Assembly: GCA_043228905.1 (NCBI GenBank)
Contig: JBHGNT010000003.1
Coordinates: 6,510,001 to 6,574,000, forward strand
DNA from: Azolla caroliniana
Lineage: Eukaryota > Plantae > Polypodiophyta
DNA length: 64,000 nucleotides
Reading direction: 5' to 3'
Translations under genes and position numbers: made by a program
Notes under the pieces: generated by a model
Seen by the model: the letters and a program-made list of their open reading frames with translations, nothing else
Databases searched by the model: none
Told to the model about the DNA's origin: nothing
Shown: one piece after another, positions 51,194 through 63,141 of the stretch
Position numbering within the stretch: the first letter of the stretch is position 1
How the letters are laid out: the number at the start of each line of letters is the position of its first letter

Positions 51194-52055
51194 TTTCCAT
51201 AGATGAATCTATGAAGATTCTCATAGTTCGTGTTTTCAGAACTGTGGAGTGACATAGCTACATTTGAAAGGATGGATCATCTCTGCTATGCCTAAAATAA
51301 ATGAAGATATGACCCATAAAGCATATCATTGGAGGAGGTGGTTTTCCTTCTTAAGGATGGGAAAATCAAAACAAAATAAACCCATTTGGCTCCATTGAGT
51401 CCTCATCATCAATTCAAGCCGTTTTCGGAAGATCGAATCAGAATGAAACCATTTGGCACCGTTAACTCGTCGGGTCAATTCACTCTAATGTCCTCAATAT
51501 GGAAGCAGAATAAAGCCATTTGGCTCCATTAATTGATCATCATCATCATCTAATCAGACTGCTTTCCTGGATATACATACATGTTTTTGCGAGTATACAT
51601 ATAGAGCTCAGCATAGAAGAAGCAAAATTTTAGTTAGCATATTATTGCCTTTGAGGGCATTACATGAAGAAGGTAGGTTTTGAACTTGTGACCTGTTTGT
51701 CACTTACCAAAATACAAACTTGTTAATACATACATGATTCTCCTTCATGTGCTAGAGATAATTTGTCAATAAAATTAACACTTTTTATTCCATATTTGTA
51801 AAAGAAAACAAAAAACCATTTGTTGCCCACATTATGTTTTGAACCTGTGACCTCTGACACTTTGTGGTTAGATGCAAGAGATTACTCTTCATTAGGCATT
51901 AATCATTGGTTTGTCATGGAGATAGTCCATATGTGAAAGACAAGGTATCAAAATGGGGCATTTATACCAAATTTATGTTCCCCATTTTGTATGAAATGCT
52001 CTTCTCCTCATCTAGCCCTTTTGGTTGTATATTGAAACAATCCCAAACTATGACA

Positions 52056-54001
52056 TTCACGTTGTGGATCAGGTAAAGTCTTTTTGGAATTTATTAGTAC
52101 ATTTGGTTAAAGGTGAGTATGACAGGTATAAAGGCTATGGAAACACAGCCATTCGAAAAAGAAAGAGATTACGACGAGTTTGGTCAGCTATTCCTATAAT
52201 GTTAGATGCAAGCACGGAGGTTAGGTGGAATTATGTGCCACCTCGTTGGTTGTTCCCGCCACCAGTACCATTCTTATGGCGAACAACATGAGATAACAGG
52301 GAGGAGACGGTTGCGGCATGTATGAAGCCTATTTTAATGTAGGTAAGATATACATATGCTAGAAGAAGATATGAGGAAATGGGATGATGTTATGGATGCT
52401 GAATCAGGCTAGTAAAAGAAGATTTTAGTGGTATGAGGCAGATTTTGTGTGATAATCAGAGACATCGACATGGTGGGTGTGGACAGGTTGAAATAGGTTT
52501 AAGTTGTTTTGTGATTAGGATGACTGATGTTGGTGGGGGTTGTCGAAGATTACTAGGAGAAGGTGAGGATTTCTGTTTGTTTTCTACTTGTTTGTTGGTT
52601 GTTAGTGTAACAAGATTGTTGAATCGGAGATAGTGAGATGGTAGATGGGGACATGACGAAGCCGTTTTTCTGTTTTTTGTGGTTAGGATGAGTGATGTTG
52701 GAGTGGGGGCTGAAGCAGATTATTATGAGAAGGCGAGGAATGGTTTTCGCTCATTTTTTGTTGTGATTACAGGGCCGCGTTAATCGATGAGATGGAATAG
52801 GGGAAGCAAGATACCCCAGATATGGGCTGACTTAAGACAGATATTATGGTTCTCATAGGTTGCGGGATGATGGTAGTGGGATTTGAAGCAACTTTGTCAT
52901 GGTGTGAGGATGAGTGGTGTTGGTGCGAGGGCTGAAGCAGATTAGGAGGGGAGAGGAATCATTGTTCACTTATTTTGTTGTTAATTACACAGGATATTGG
53001 CGGTACTCGGCGAGATGGTGGATGTGGATTGATTGAAGCAATTTGTTTGTTTTTAGGAGTGATGATGGTGGGGGGGACAGAAGCAAATCATGAGGGGATG
53101 AGGAACCATTATTCACTTGTTTTTGTTGTTTTTTGTATAGGTCAGAGGTGGTATTCAGTGAGATGGTGGATGTGGTTTGATTGAAGCAATTTCTCTGTTT
53201 TTAGGAGTGACGATGGTGTGGGGGAACGAAGCAAATCATGAGGGAATGAGGAACAATTTCTCATTTTTGTTGATTCATTGCACAGGACATTAGTGCTATT
53301 CGGCGAGATGGTGGATGTGGACTAAAGGAAGCAATGTGTCTGTTTTAGGAGTGATGATGGTGGGGGGGATCGAAGCAGCTCATGAGGGGATGAGGAATTT
53401 CTTACTTATTTTGTTGTTAATTCCACAGGACATTGGTGGCATTCGACGAGATGGTGGAGGTGGATTGAAGGAAGCAATTTGGTTGTTTTTAGGAGTGATG
53501 ATGGTGAGGGGGCCGAAGCACATCATGAAGGGAGAGTGAATAAGTTGTGGGGATCGAAGCAAATGGGGTGAGAGGTGGAGATTAGTATAGTACATTTCAT
53601 TCTCATGGTCTGTTTTTTTCTCCCCAACAGTTTTTACAAATGCTGGAATCACTTCAGATCTATTTGCAACTATTTCTGTTGGGATAGTGAATCTTCTTAC
53701 AGCTCCACACCTGACACATATGATTGGAAAGACGGAGGACATGGAATATCATGTGAAATATAAGTTTTCTATGGAGTTCTGTTCTAAGAGCCCGAAATTT
53801 TGTTTTCTGCAGCAGATCACTGGAATCAATGTTGTGTTTTATGGTTGTTTTTTTTCCCAACAGTTTTTACAAATGCTAGAATCAGTTAAGATATACTGGT
53901 GGAGATGAAACAATATTATGTACTATTTGTATACTGCCTCCGGGCTTTTTATTAATACCAATGGAGCATATGTTTTATGGTAAAAAAAATAAAAAAAATA
54001 A
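52056..54001 (+). mobile_element. 5'-truncated LINE with ~1.7-kb 3' tail
   Basis: ORF end FWNLLVHLVKGEYD...WNYVPPRWLFPPP (stop 52291); poly(A) 53982-54001; perfect 17-bp TSD AATCCCAAACTATGACA at 52039-52055 and 54002-54018. Confidence 0.88.
52430..53560. repeat. ~146-bp GT-rich tandem repeat array inside the LINE tail
   Basis: GAGATGGTGGA at ~53012, 53160, 53306 and 53448, with more degenerate units from 52430. Confidence 0.88.
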
Positions 54002-54639
54002 AATCCCAAACTATGACACGATAACACTAGTCGAATTGTGTAGTGATTGTGGAATATGATCTAGATGCCAAACTAGAGATTATAGATTTTACTATAATCC
54101 TGTGAAATTTTGAGGATATATACTCTTGCCAAAGGGTGTCCTTGTGAATCTACGAAAGCTTCAAATGGTTCTAAGCTAGTGGATATCATGTTTTGTGCAT
54201 ATATGTTCAATCCTAATTGCCTACATATGATGGTATGTAATATCTTTGAAGTAGCAAAGGAGTTGAGCATTATGGATTCCCTTCATATAGATATTTGCGT
54301 AGATGATTTTGACCAATGTCTCTTGGATTTTATTGCTCTGTAACATTTCTCTTGAGTAAGTTCCATGAAGTTCCCTAAAAATCGTAAACAATTAAGTTGC
54401 CATGATAGCTTGTTCTCTTAGAAAAGTCTTTTGTACAACCTTGACTTTACGTCTTGTAGTATTGCCACGAGGTGTCAATGGTTGAGCATTTTGTATACCA
54501 ATGAATTTTTAGTTCTATTTACAAGTACTAATGACACCTTCCCAATCTCATCGAGGATTATGCTCATAACTTCTTACATATGTAGTTGGTTGAAGATGCC
54601 TCAACATTATATATAAGTGTTGTTCCAACCATAATCAAA

Positions 54640-55020
54640 ATTGTATGGCCATGGAAATCCATTTATTTAAATTCCATTATGGATCTCCCATCTTCCAAGG
54701 GATTCAATATCATTTTCACAATGGTTGATCACCTCGCTAAGATGGATTATTGATCATTAGGAGATATTAGAAGTATTAATGCATCTAAGTTCCTCACATG
54801 ACATTATCTACAATCATAGGCCATAATTTATCTTGAAACGTTGGAAGCATTTGCTTTAGTTTCTCAAAATAACTTGAGAACACTTTTTGAGCTATCATCC
54901 TCATAGTGATGGCAAGTCCGAGGTCACAAACTAGACATCAATATCTTTGTTTCTTCATCGACTATTAACTTGATGTTTGGGTTGTCTTCTTGCATTTTGT
55001 GAAATGTTGTTATAGTAATT
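54640..55020 (+). mobile_element. Degenerate Ty3/Gypsy integrase remnant
   Basis: Frameshifted PWKSI...IMDLPSSKGFNIIFTMVDHLAKM...YHPHSDGKSE. Confidence 0.75.
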
Positions 55021-55400
55021 TAGTTAATTATTCTACGCTTGAGATTATGATCGAGTGTCCAATATCCAAATGTCTCCAATATTGCTAGTCAAACCTTCTC
55101 ACCATTTGCATTGTCACGTTGACAATGGCGCAAGGATTGGGCATATTCTTTTGTTGTAACTTGTCACATTATATATACATATATATAGTCATGGAATATA
55201 AGAAGTGAAGTGCAAGTTTCAAACCCACATCCTTATGTTAGGAAACCATATTGCCGTTGTAACGCAAAACTAATTTCTAATGGTTGCAGGACTATCTATA
55301 AGAATATCTCATTTGTAAACGAAGGCATGTTTCATATATAGAGAAATCATAAAAACATACAAAGCATACTAATATTAGGTCAAAGTGTATGGTTTTTAAG

Positions 55401-55759
55401 TAACAATCGGCAACGGTTCGGTTCATATTCAAGTTTTTTTAAATGGTTTGGTTTGGTTTCAACAGTTAGAAACCGTAGTTTAAACGATTTTATTTTTGTA
55501 TTTTTTAAAATTTTTGTTAACAATTAAAAAAAAAGTTTTAAAACAATCTTTTCATTTTTAGACCTTATTCTCACATTTTAGGAACAACTTTAAAATTTTA
55601 AAAAATGAAAATTTTGACCTAAGTTGAAAACTGAAACCGAACCACGAAACCGCGGTTTTTACTGTTTTGTGGTTTGGTTTGGTTTGGTTCAGGTTTCAAA
55701 AATTTTAACAAGTTTAGTTTTGACCCTCTCAAATCGAACCGAACCATTGCCGATTGTTA
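55401..55759. mobile_element. hAT-type MITE (359 bp)
   Basis: 24-bp TIR TAACAATCGGCAA(C/T)GGTTCGGTTC (55401-55424 / 55736-55759); 8-bp TSD TTTTTAAG (55393-55400, 55760-55767). Confidence 0.9.
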
Positions 55760-55769
55760 TTTTTAAGTT

Positions 55770-56392
55770 TTTTTTTTTCCAAAAAATCACTACTTCGCAT
55801 TAGTTAGCAAACAAAATTACATCATAGAACTCTCAAAATTCCTCTCAACAGCCCTCACAGTGGCCTTCCCACCAAAGCGGACATAGTCCCCATCTCATTT
55901 TCAGCAAACGTATCCAAACAACTCCAATAACCTAGTTATTTGTACCATAACTATACGATTTTACAACACCTAGACGCTGTTGGAAACTATTGGGGGAAAC
56001 AGCCATCGGGGTGCTTGGTAGTGCCATTGAGGCCCTGATGATGATCTGCCGACCATAGGAGAATTACCCCATTTCAGCAAGAACTTTGATCGAGATCTTT
56101 CAGCTGCATCAAATTCCCCCTTAATTGAGTCGTATCGTCCCCGCAGCCAAGAGACCAACTCAAACCAGATATTTATTAATACCTCACCACTAGGGATCTT
56201 TTGTTGTTGAAAAACAAACTTACAGCGGTTGGTCCAAATGTGCCAAACCGATAAACAAGCCACCATCCTCCATATCTCTTCAAAAAGTTCTGAGTTAGTG
56301 CTAGGTCGAACTCTAGCCCGTTGAAACACCTTGCCACCCTGCACTATAAATCCATGTCCGTGAGGGTTTAACTGTTCAGCCCAACCTTCCCC
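55770..56392 (-). mobile_element. 5'-truncated LINE (L1-like), 3' end
   Basis: ORF 55970-56344: VWHIWTNRC...IWFELVSWLRGRYD...WHYQAPRWLFPP. Poly(T) at 55768-55778 on +. 15-bp TSD TGTTATTTTTAAGTT (55755-55769, 56393-56407). Confidence 0.88.
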
Positions 56393-56465
56393 TGTTATTT
56401 TTAAGTTAGAAGTTGTAGGTTGGAATCTTGTATAGAATATAAAACATCTATCATAATAAAATTTA

Positions 56466-56777
56466 GGGAAAAGTACCAGGATACCCCTAGAAGTTCGTCT
56501 ATTTACCCAAATGCCCCTGGAAGTTCCAAATTTACCAAACTACCCCTATGTCCAAAAAATTACACTTTATAAAGTAATTATACACTCAAATATTTGGTAA
56601 ATAGGGCTAGTTTGGCTCCATTTCTTCCATCATTGGTAAATAAGGCTTTGTAGATTTGAGTGTATGATTACTTTATAAAGTGTACTTTTTTGGATATAGG
56701 GGTAGTTTGGTAAATTTGGAAATTCAAGGGCATTCTGGTAAATAGACGAACTTCCAGGGGTATCTTGTACTTTTCCC
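56466..56777. mobile_element. Mutator-like MITE / foldback element (312 bp)
   Basis: ~110-bp imperfect TIRs starting GGGAAAAGTAC; 9-bp TSD TAAAATTTA (56457-56465, 56778-56786). Confidence 0.9.
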
Positions 56778-58367
56778 TAAAATTTATCTGATACACATTA
56801 AACACAAAAAGGTGAGCCTCGATACAAATAAAAAATAAGGGTTTGCTCATCATTTGTGAGGGTATTTTTCTAAGCCTAGTCTAGGGGAGACTAAAGAGGT
56901 TAAGGGACAAAGGAAAAGAGATACCCCTCTTTGTAAATTTAGTTTGTAATAAAAATTTGATCAGTGAAGAATGGGTTGGGTTCATATACCAACACGTGTG
57001 TATCTTTGTGACAAACTCAATCCAAACATTTTGCTTCTCAGAAACCCTTGTCATCACCGTCTTACTGATTGCAATTATAACTTGATTAACGAATAATAAA
57101 TTGTTTTCGTCCACATGCACGCCTATGTGTGGGCAATTATACACAACCACATACAATTTGACAATTTAGTTGAATATATTGATGTGATACAAAAAAAAGA
57201 TGGACAAAAAGACAATTATAAATCCCCCAATTGTAATAATATTGGATTCATGGTGGGTTAGACAAGATGATCGACTTCAACAAGATTGGACACCAAAAAG
57301 GGTGCTTATGCTCTCTTCACCCTTTACAACCTCCAAGCACGTCGTGTTGAATGCAATATATTGTAACCTCTTTTAGCCCAACTGAAATCCCAAAAGAAGA
57401 AGAAGAAGATGAAAGATGATAATGATCAAGTAAAAAAAAAGGAACCCATATTGGAAACTTCTACATTGTCTCTAAATCCGGAGAGAGAAAGAAAAAACCA
57501 TAAAAAATAGGCCCCCCTAAGAAAAAAGAAAAGAAAAGGATCTCCTCCTTTGGTAGTGGCTTCAAACTTTCAAGTGTTTTTCCACTTTTTTCCTAACTTA
57601 ACATTTTCTATTGTAAATGGTTCAATGTATCGGGTCACTATTGGAGTCATGACTTCCCCGAAAAAGTGACTCATTGACATTCTTTTTGGTTCCCAAGGAG
57701 ATTCAAATGTTCATAACCCTTAGGATTTTGTTAGCCATACACACTTCAACAAGTCGAGCTAGTGCTTTGTTATCGTGAAATCCTTCCTTTTTGATAGCCA
57801 TACACTTTAACAAAGTAAACTAGTGATTACACTCTTATTGCAAACTAATATGCATTGCTTCTCGACAAACACACATTGCCGGTTTCTTTACCCTTCCCCG
57901 ATACATATATGTACATACATACATACATTATATATATATGTATATATATTAAAGTCATAAATATGATTGATTTCTGTTTTTTTTCTTGTTGCACCACACA
58001 ATCACATCGCCACAATGTTCATGTTAAGAATTTTGTCGACTTACAAATTCCGTATACATACATACATATAGCATTTATTGTACTTCAGGTCTCGTTGTCC
58101 AAAACAAAGCCAAACAAATTCTAATGGTTGAAATTAAAGGTCTCGTGGGAGTCGAACGTATGCGCATGGTTTGGGCGGAAGGGTTTTTAGTCTAGGGGGC
58201 CGGGATAGCTTCCATTTTATCGGCTCTCTCTCTCTCTGTCTCTGGTCGGAATTCGTTAGTATTTATGGTCGACCAGGGCATCCATCCGCATATCGAGTCT
58301 CTCTCTACTTGGAATTCGTGTTTTTAGGGCCGATTCACACAGGAGCGAGTGGGTGTCCTGCACGACA

Positions 58368-58865
58368 TTGGGGTGTTAGTTCACACACGCTCCTCCGCAC
58401 TCACCATCGGCACGACACTCTCCGGAAACACATAGATGGCGGGGACTCAAGCCGACCCGGAGACCCAACCCATGAAATTGGGGTCGGTTCACACATGCTT
58501 TGCACGGAACTCTCCGGAAACACGCAGATGGCGGGGACTCGAGGCGACCGGAGACCCGACCCACGAAATTGGGGTCGGTTCACACACGCTCTGCACGGAA
58601 CTCTCCGGAAACACGCAGATGGCGGGGACTCGAGGCGACCCGAGACCCGACCCACGAAATTGGGGTCGGTTCACACACGCTCTGCACGGAACTCTCCGGA
58701 AACACACAGATGGCGGGGACTCGAGGCGACCCGAGACCCGACCCACGAAATTGGGGTTGGTTCACACACGCTCTGCACGGAACTGTCCGGAAACACACAG
58801 ATGGCGGGGACTCGAGGCGACCCGAGACCCGACCCACTGTCGTGCCGGCACGGAAATCTCCGGAA
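58368..58865. repeat. 91-bp GC/CpG-rich tandem repeat, ~5 copies
   Basis: CT(C/G)TCCGGAAACAC at ~58418, 58510, 58601, 58692 and 58783. Confidence 0.95.
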
Positions 58866-58973
58866 AGACACAGGGGGCACTCCCGCCTCTCTCTTTTTTT
58901 TTTTTTTTTTTGTTCTTGTTTTTTAAAGTTTTGGGTTTTTGAAGTAGAAGAAGAATAAAGACATAAAAAAGCT

Positions 58974-59294
58974 ACACACACACACACACACACACACACA
59001 CTTCCCTCTCATTCTCTTCTTCTTCTTCTTCTTCTTCATCTTCTCTGTCTGCAGCCCACTCATTTTTCATCACTCAATCATTTGAGTCTCTCTTATTGTT
59101 CCTTTTGATTGATTGATTGATTGACTGACTGACTGATTGATTGATTGATTGATTGATTGATTGCAGAATAGTATGCGAATATGATTTCTTCCTTTTGTGC
59201 CCCGCCATCGCCATCGCCATCGCCACTACCGTCGCTTCCTCTCCTTCTCTTCCCTGCTTCTTCTCAACCATTCCTCTCTTCCAACTGGTGAGTG

Positions 59295-59323
<29 letters not shown>
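58974..59323. repeat. Microsatellite cluster (CA)n, (CTT)n, (GATT)n, (CCATCG)n, (CT)n in the probable SAT 5' region
   Basis: Directly visible; pyrimidine-rich leader with GTGAGT donor-like sites at 59288 and 59451. Confidence 0.85.
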
Positions 59324-59326
<3 letters not shown>

Positions 59327-61096
59327 CCTTAACTTTTCTTTCTGATCGTTCTTCTCTCCTCGGCCTCGCCTTTCCATAGCCTCCTCCTCCTCCTCCTCCC
59401 CCATACTGGGTTTGAGGTGGGAGGGAGAAGGATTCTCTACCTTCAAACTCGTGAGTACTCTCTTCGCCTCTCTCTTTCTGATTGTCCGTGAGATTTCCCT
59501 CAAGAACGCTTCTCACATATTCTCTGTGAATCCTAATGCTTAAAAGCCATTCAAATGGAGTTCTTTGCCAGACATTGCTTATACATGATCCATGTCACTC
59601 TTGTGCTTTGAAAATCCATTGAAATTGAGATTTTGGTAAGACATTGCTCACAGGCTTTCAGCACGGAAAACTTTGTAACTTGTGACTAAACCTGGAACAC
59701 CATGGGAAAGAAGTGTTGTTGGTTAGGATATTCTTAATCTTGTCAAAAAACCTTTCGGTTTGGAAAACCTGTCACTGCTGAAAGTAGGCATTGAAGGAAG
59801 ATGTTTCCTGTTGTTTCCTGCAAAAAAAATTCTCAAATGCTTTTCAGTTTGGGAAAACTTGTCCGTATAACTGCTATGGCTACGGATATCTCAGTGAGTC
59901 ATAGTCGCTGCTTTCTTACTTACCTAATAGGGGATTTTACAGGACGTTTCAGATATCTCAGTGAGTCATAGTTACTGCTTTCTTACTTACTTAATAGGGG
60001 ATTTTACAGGACGTTTCTGTAAACTTTCTTTCATTATGGGAACTTGTCAAGTTGTTATAATGCTTATGACTGTGTCTATTGAAGAGTCCAAAGAAAAGGG
60101 GAAGTGTCCATAGAATGCCTTGAAGCCATATGGGCGCATAGTTGAGATACCAGATTGATGCAGTCCACTTTGAGTAGGTGCAGTGATGCACATGTGAATA
60201 TTAGCGATGAGATAAACTAAGATAATAGAATTTATGATCGTAGTTTTATTACAGATATTGATGAATCTAGGATTCCAAATAAACCAAAGTTATATGTAGA
60301 TATCTCATGTTAATTAATGTAAACCTTCTACTTTGCTTACCCCTCAGATGAGCCCTTATTTAATGTAGTTTTGCACAAACCTTTGCATTTCAATACACAT
60401 ATTTTTAGTTTGTAAATATGGTTTAATTATTATGCCTCTTTTATTTTTCTATCTCATCCGCTAACTAATGTATGTATGGTTTAGTCAATGCATTCGCTGT
60501 ATCCATAAGATTTTTGATATGTTATGTTACTCAGTGCCATGTTACGTCCAACCTGTCCATATGTATATTAAACAGCGATATGTACTGGTTAATTGTCTAT
60601 GTGTGTCTTTAAATGGCGGTATGTTTTGGTTAATTATTTATATTTTCTGTTCATCTCCCGTAGTTTTTACAATCTAATTTGAGATGAGAGAATGTCTGTT
60701 TTCATTTCTAGGAAAATTTCTATATATTATTTAATCAATGAGGGAATAATCAAAAGAAAAACAAGGCCGTTATCATGCACAACAAAAGCTGCCTCTATAC
60801 TGCAAAATTTGCCACAATATTTATGCTGTATTAGGGCTTGAACGAAATGATTACACAGCATATCACAGAAAGAACTCTGCCTTGAAAATAATAAGGAACG
60901 AAAAGATTACAATTTTCAATGGAGTGTATTAAGGCAAATTCCCGTATTGCAATATATGCATCACAAATTTATTTACAAAGCTAGCTTTTGGGTTTTCCAA
61001 TTTTGTGAGTATTTATGCTATTCTAAGATAGTTTGAAAAAGTTGTATCTTGAATCCAAAACATGCTACCAATGATGCAGGTGACTTGAAGAGCTAA

Positions 61097-62118
61097 ATGG
61101 CACTCTTTACTCCATATATGAAGAATGCCCCCATATATGGCTCTTTATCAACCCACTCTCCAGACGTGAATTATTTGAAGCACTCATCAAGCTTGGCTTT
61201 GAATAGAAAGAGGAGGTTGATGCATTTTTGTGCAACATCACACCAGGCCAACCACCCTCCCGTCCAGACTAACAGGATAATACAAGTAATACTCTTCTCA
61301 GATTTTCTCTGTTTATTACATATTTCTTGTGCATATAATCAGTAGATCGGCGAGTGATGACACAGTAATAGTGGAATAGTATTAGGTAAAAGCCCCCAAA
61401 AATACCCCCAAGCAATTCTTCATTTCCCAAATGGCCCTGAGTTTTCATTATACACCCAAATAGCCTTGGGCAACCCCTGAGAGAGAGAAAAGGGGATGAA
61501 TTGACCATATAAGTAAAAAGCTCATATAATTACGTTTTCAAGGGTTGAACAGGAGAATTTGTTAATAAAAAAACTTATGAGGGATATTGTGGAGTTTCCC
61601 CTGCAATTTATGTCAAAGTTGAAATACATACACATGGAAGTACTGCATAAACAAGACAGCAGTCAAGGAGAAATCATAGCCTTTACTTAATGGTGCATTG
61701 ATAATGAAGATAGAACCAAGAATTTTGGGACTCGTAATCTGATTTAGAATATTCTTCCAACATGTATGTTCAGAGCATTGAATTGATCCCAGATTGGAAA
61801 AAAAGTCCATTGTCGCATCTCTCATTTTCGTTTTTCTGAATTGGCTCCTGAAGCAAGGTCTTAAACCATCTTTCTTTCTTTCTTCCTTTCTTTTAGGTGA
61901 GAGATTACGTGTGGGAGCAACTACGTAGAGAAGCATTGGATCAATCTGAAAGTGAACCTTACCTTGCAAGCTACTTTTATGCAACTATCCTTGCACATCC
62001 ATCATTGGAACGCTCGTTGGCTTTTCATCTTGCAAACAAACTAGCAAATGCAACACTCCTCAGTACACAACTGTTTACACTGTTTTGGGAAACATTAATG
62101 GAGGATGTAGAAATCCAG
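61097..62118 (+). CDS. SAT: Serine O-acetyltransferase (SAT/SERAT, CysE family), 5' part; later exons lie beyond the window
   Basis: Exon 61897-62118 (AG/GT bounded) encodes the SATase N-terminal domain VWEQLRREA...EPYLASYFYATILAHPSLERSLAFHLANKL..ATLLSTQL. Putative first coding exon 61097-61285 (63 codons, transit-peptide-like) joins in phase 0 but is less certain. Confidence 0.85.
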
Positions 62119-63141
62119 GTGAACAGAAGTTAATGGGTACAGGTTTAAGATTTCATTTTTTGCTCGTTAAATCACTCTGCAGTACTCTCTACAAATATTT
62201 ATATATAGGTATACTACACTCAGACTCTGCAGGGCAAGGGTTTTAGTCTTTTTCTGTACTACTGATACATAAAACAAAAACCCCAGCTTGTATAATATCT
62301 AGTGAATGCAGAAATTACACTAGACCTAGAGCAAAACACATGTCTCATTATGTTCTAGTTAACTAATGAGAGATGTATTTTTCTATACCTCTAGTGCAAA
62401 ACATCTCTCATTATGTGCATTTGCAAGATGAGAACAAGAAGTAGGCAAACACATGCACAGAGGAAATACTCATGTAGGATAAATTGAAGAGGAAATACTC
62501 ATATAGAATATTCATCAGGAATTAATCGAATCTCATTCAGAGACTGTCTGTGGGTTTTGTTGAAGTTTTCATTTCATTTGTTTTCTGTCCGGATGACCAA
62601 GCAACATGGTATGACTAACTTTTCGTCCTTGAAGCACGACAATGCGTTTTAATTTGCAGAAGAATAATGATGATATGGGATAGATTCATGATGTATATAT
62701 CTAGAAGGAAAAGTTGCACTGATTCTGAACTGCTGAGGATTATGGTCTTAGTTATCTTGAATAGAGGGCCTCAAGGATTTCATATGCTTGTGTTTCCTTA
62801 ATGAGGAGATAGTCAACACAAACTCAAATTGATTGAAAGATATTACTGTCCACATGATCCATTACGGAGTGGTCTTGAGATTTTACTCTCAGTGACTCAT
62901 TAAAGTTTCAAGTTTTCATACATTTTCCATTTTCCACCGGATGTTTAAAATCCGTCCTTTGCATTTGGCTCATTGCGCAAATGTCCAGATGACGATTTCT
63001 GTAATTGAGCAGAGCATCATGTTCCTATACAGGGTACATTCTTGAACGTTCTCACTAACCAAATTTAGGTTTAAGATAACTCCTGTTAACTTCTGCAGCC
63101 TACTTCTAGAGTTTTCTGCTAACCTTTAGTTTCTTCTATCT

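Noticed and set aside
58171-58999. Many overlapping ORFs (up to 251 aa) and a CRISPR-like periodic look
   Set aside because: Products of a stop-poor GC-rich 91-bp tandem repeat; units are wholly repeated with no unique spacers, no cas genes, eukaryotic context.
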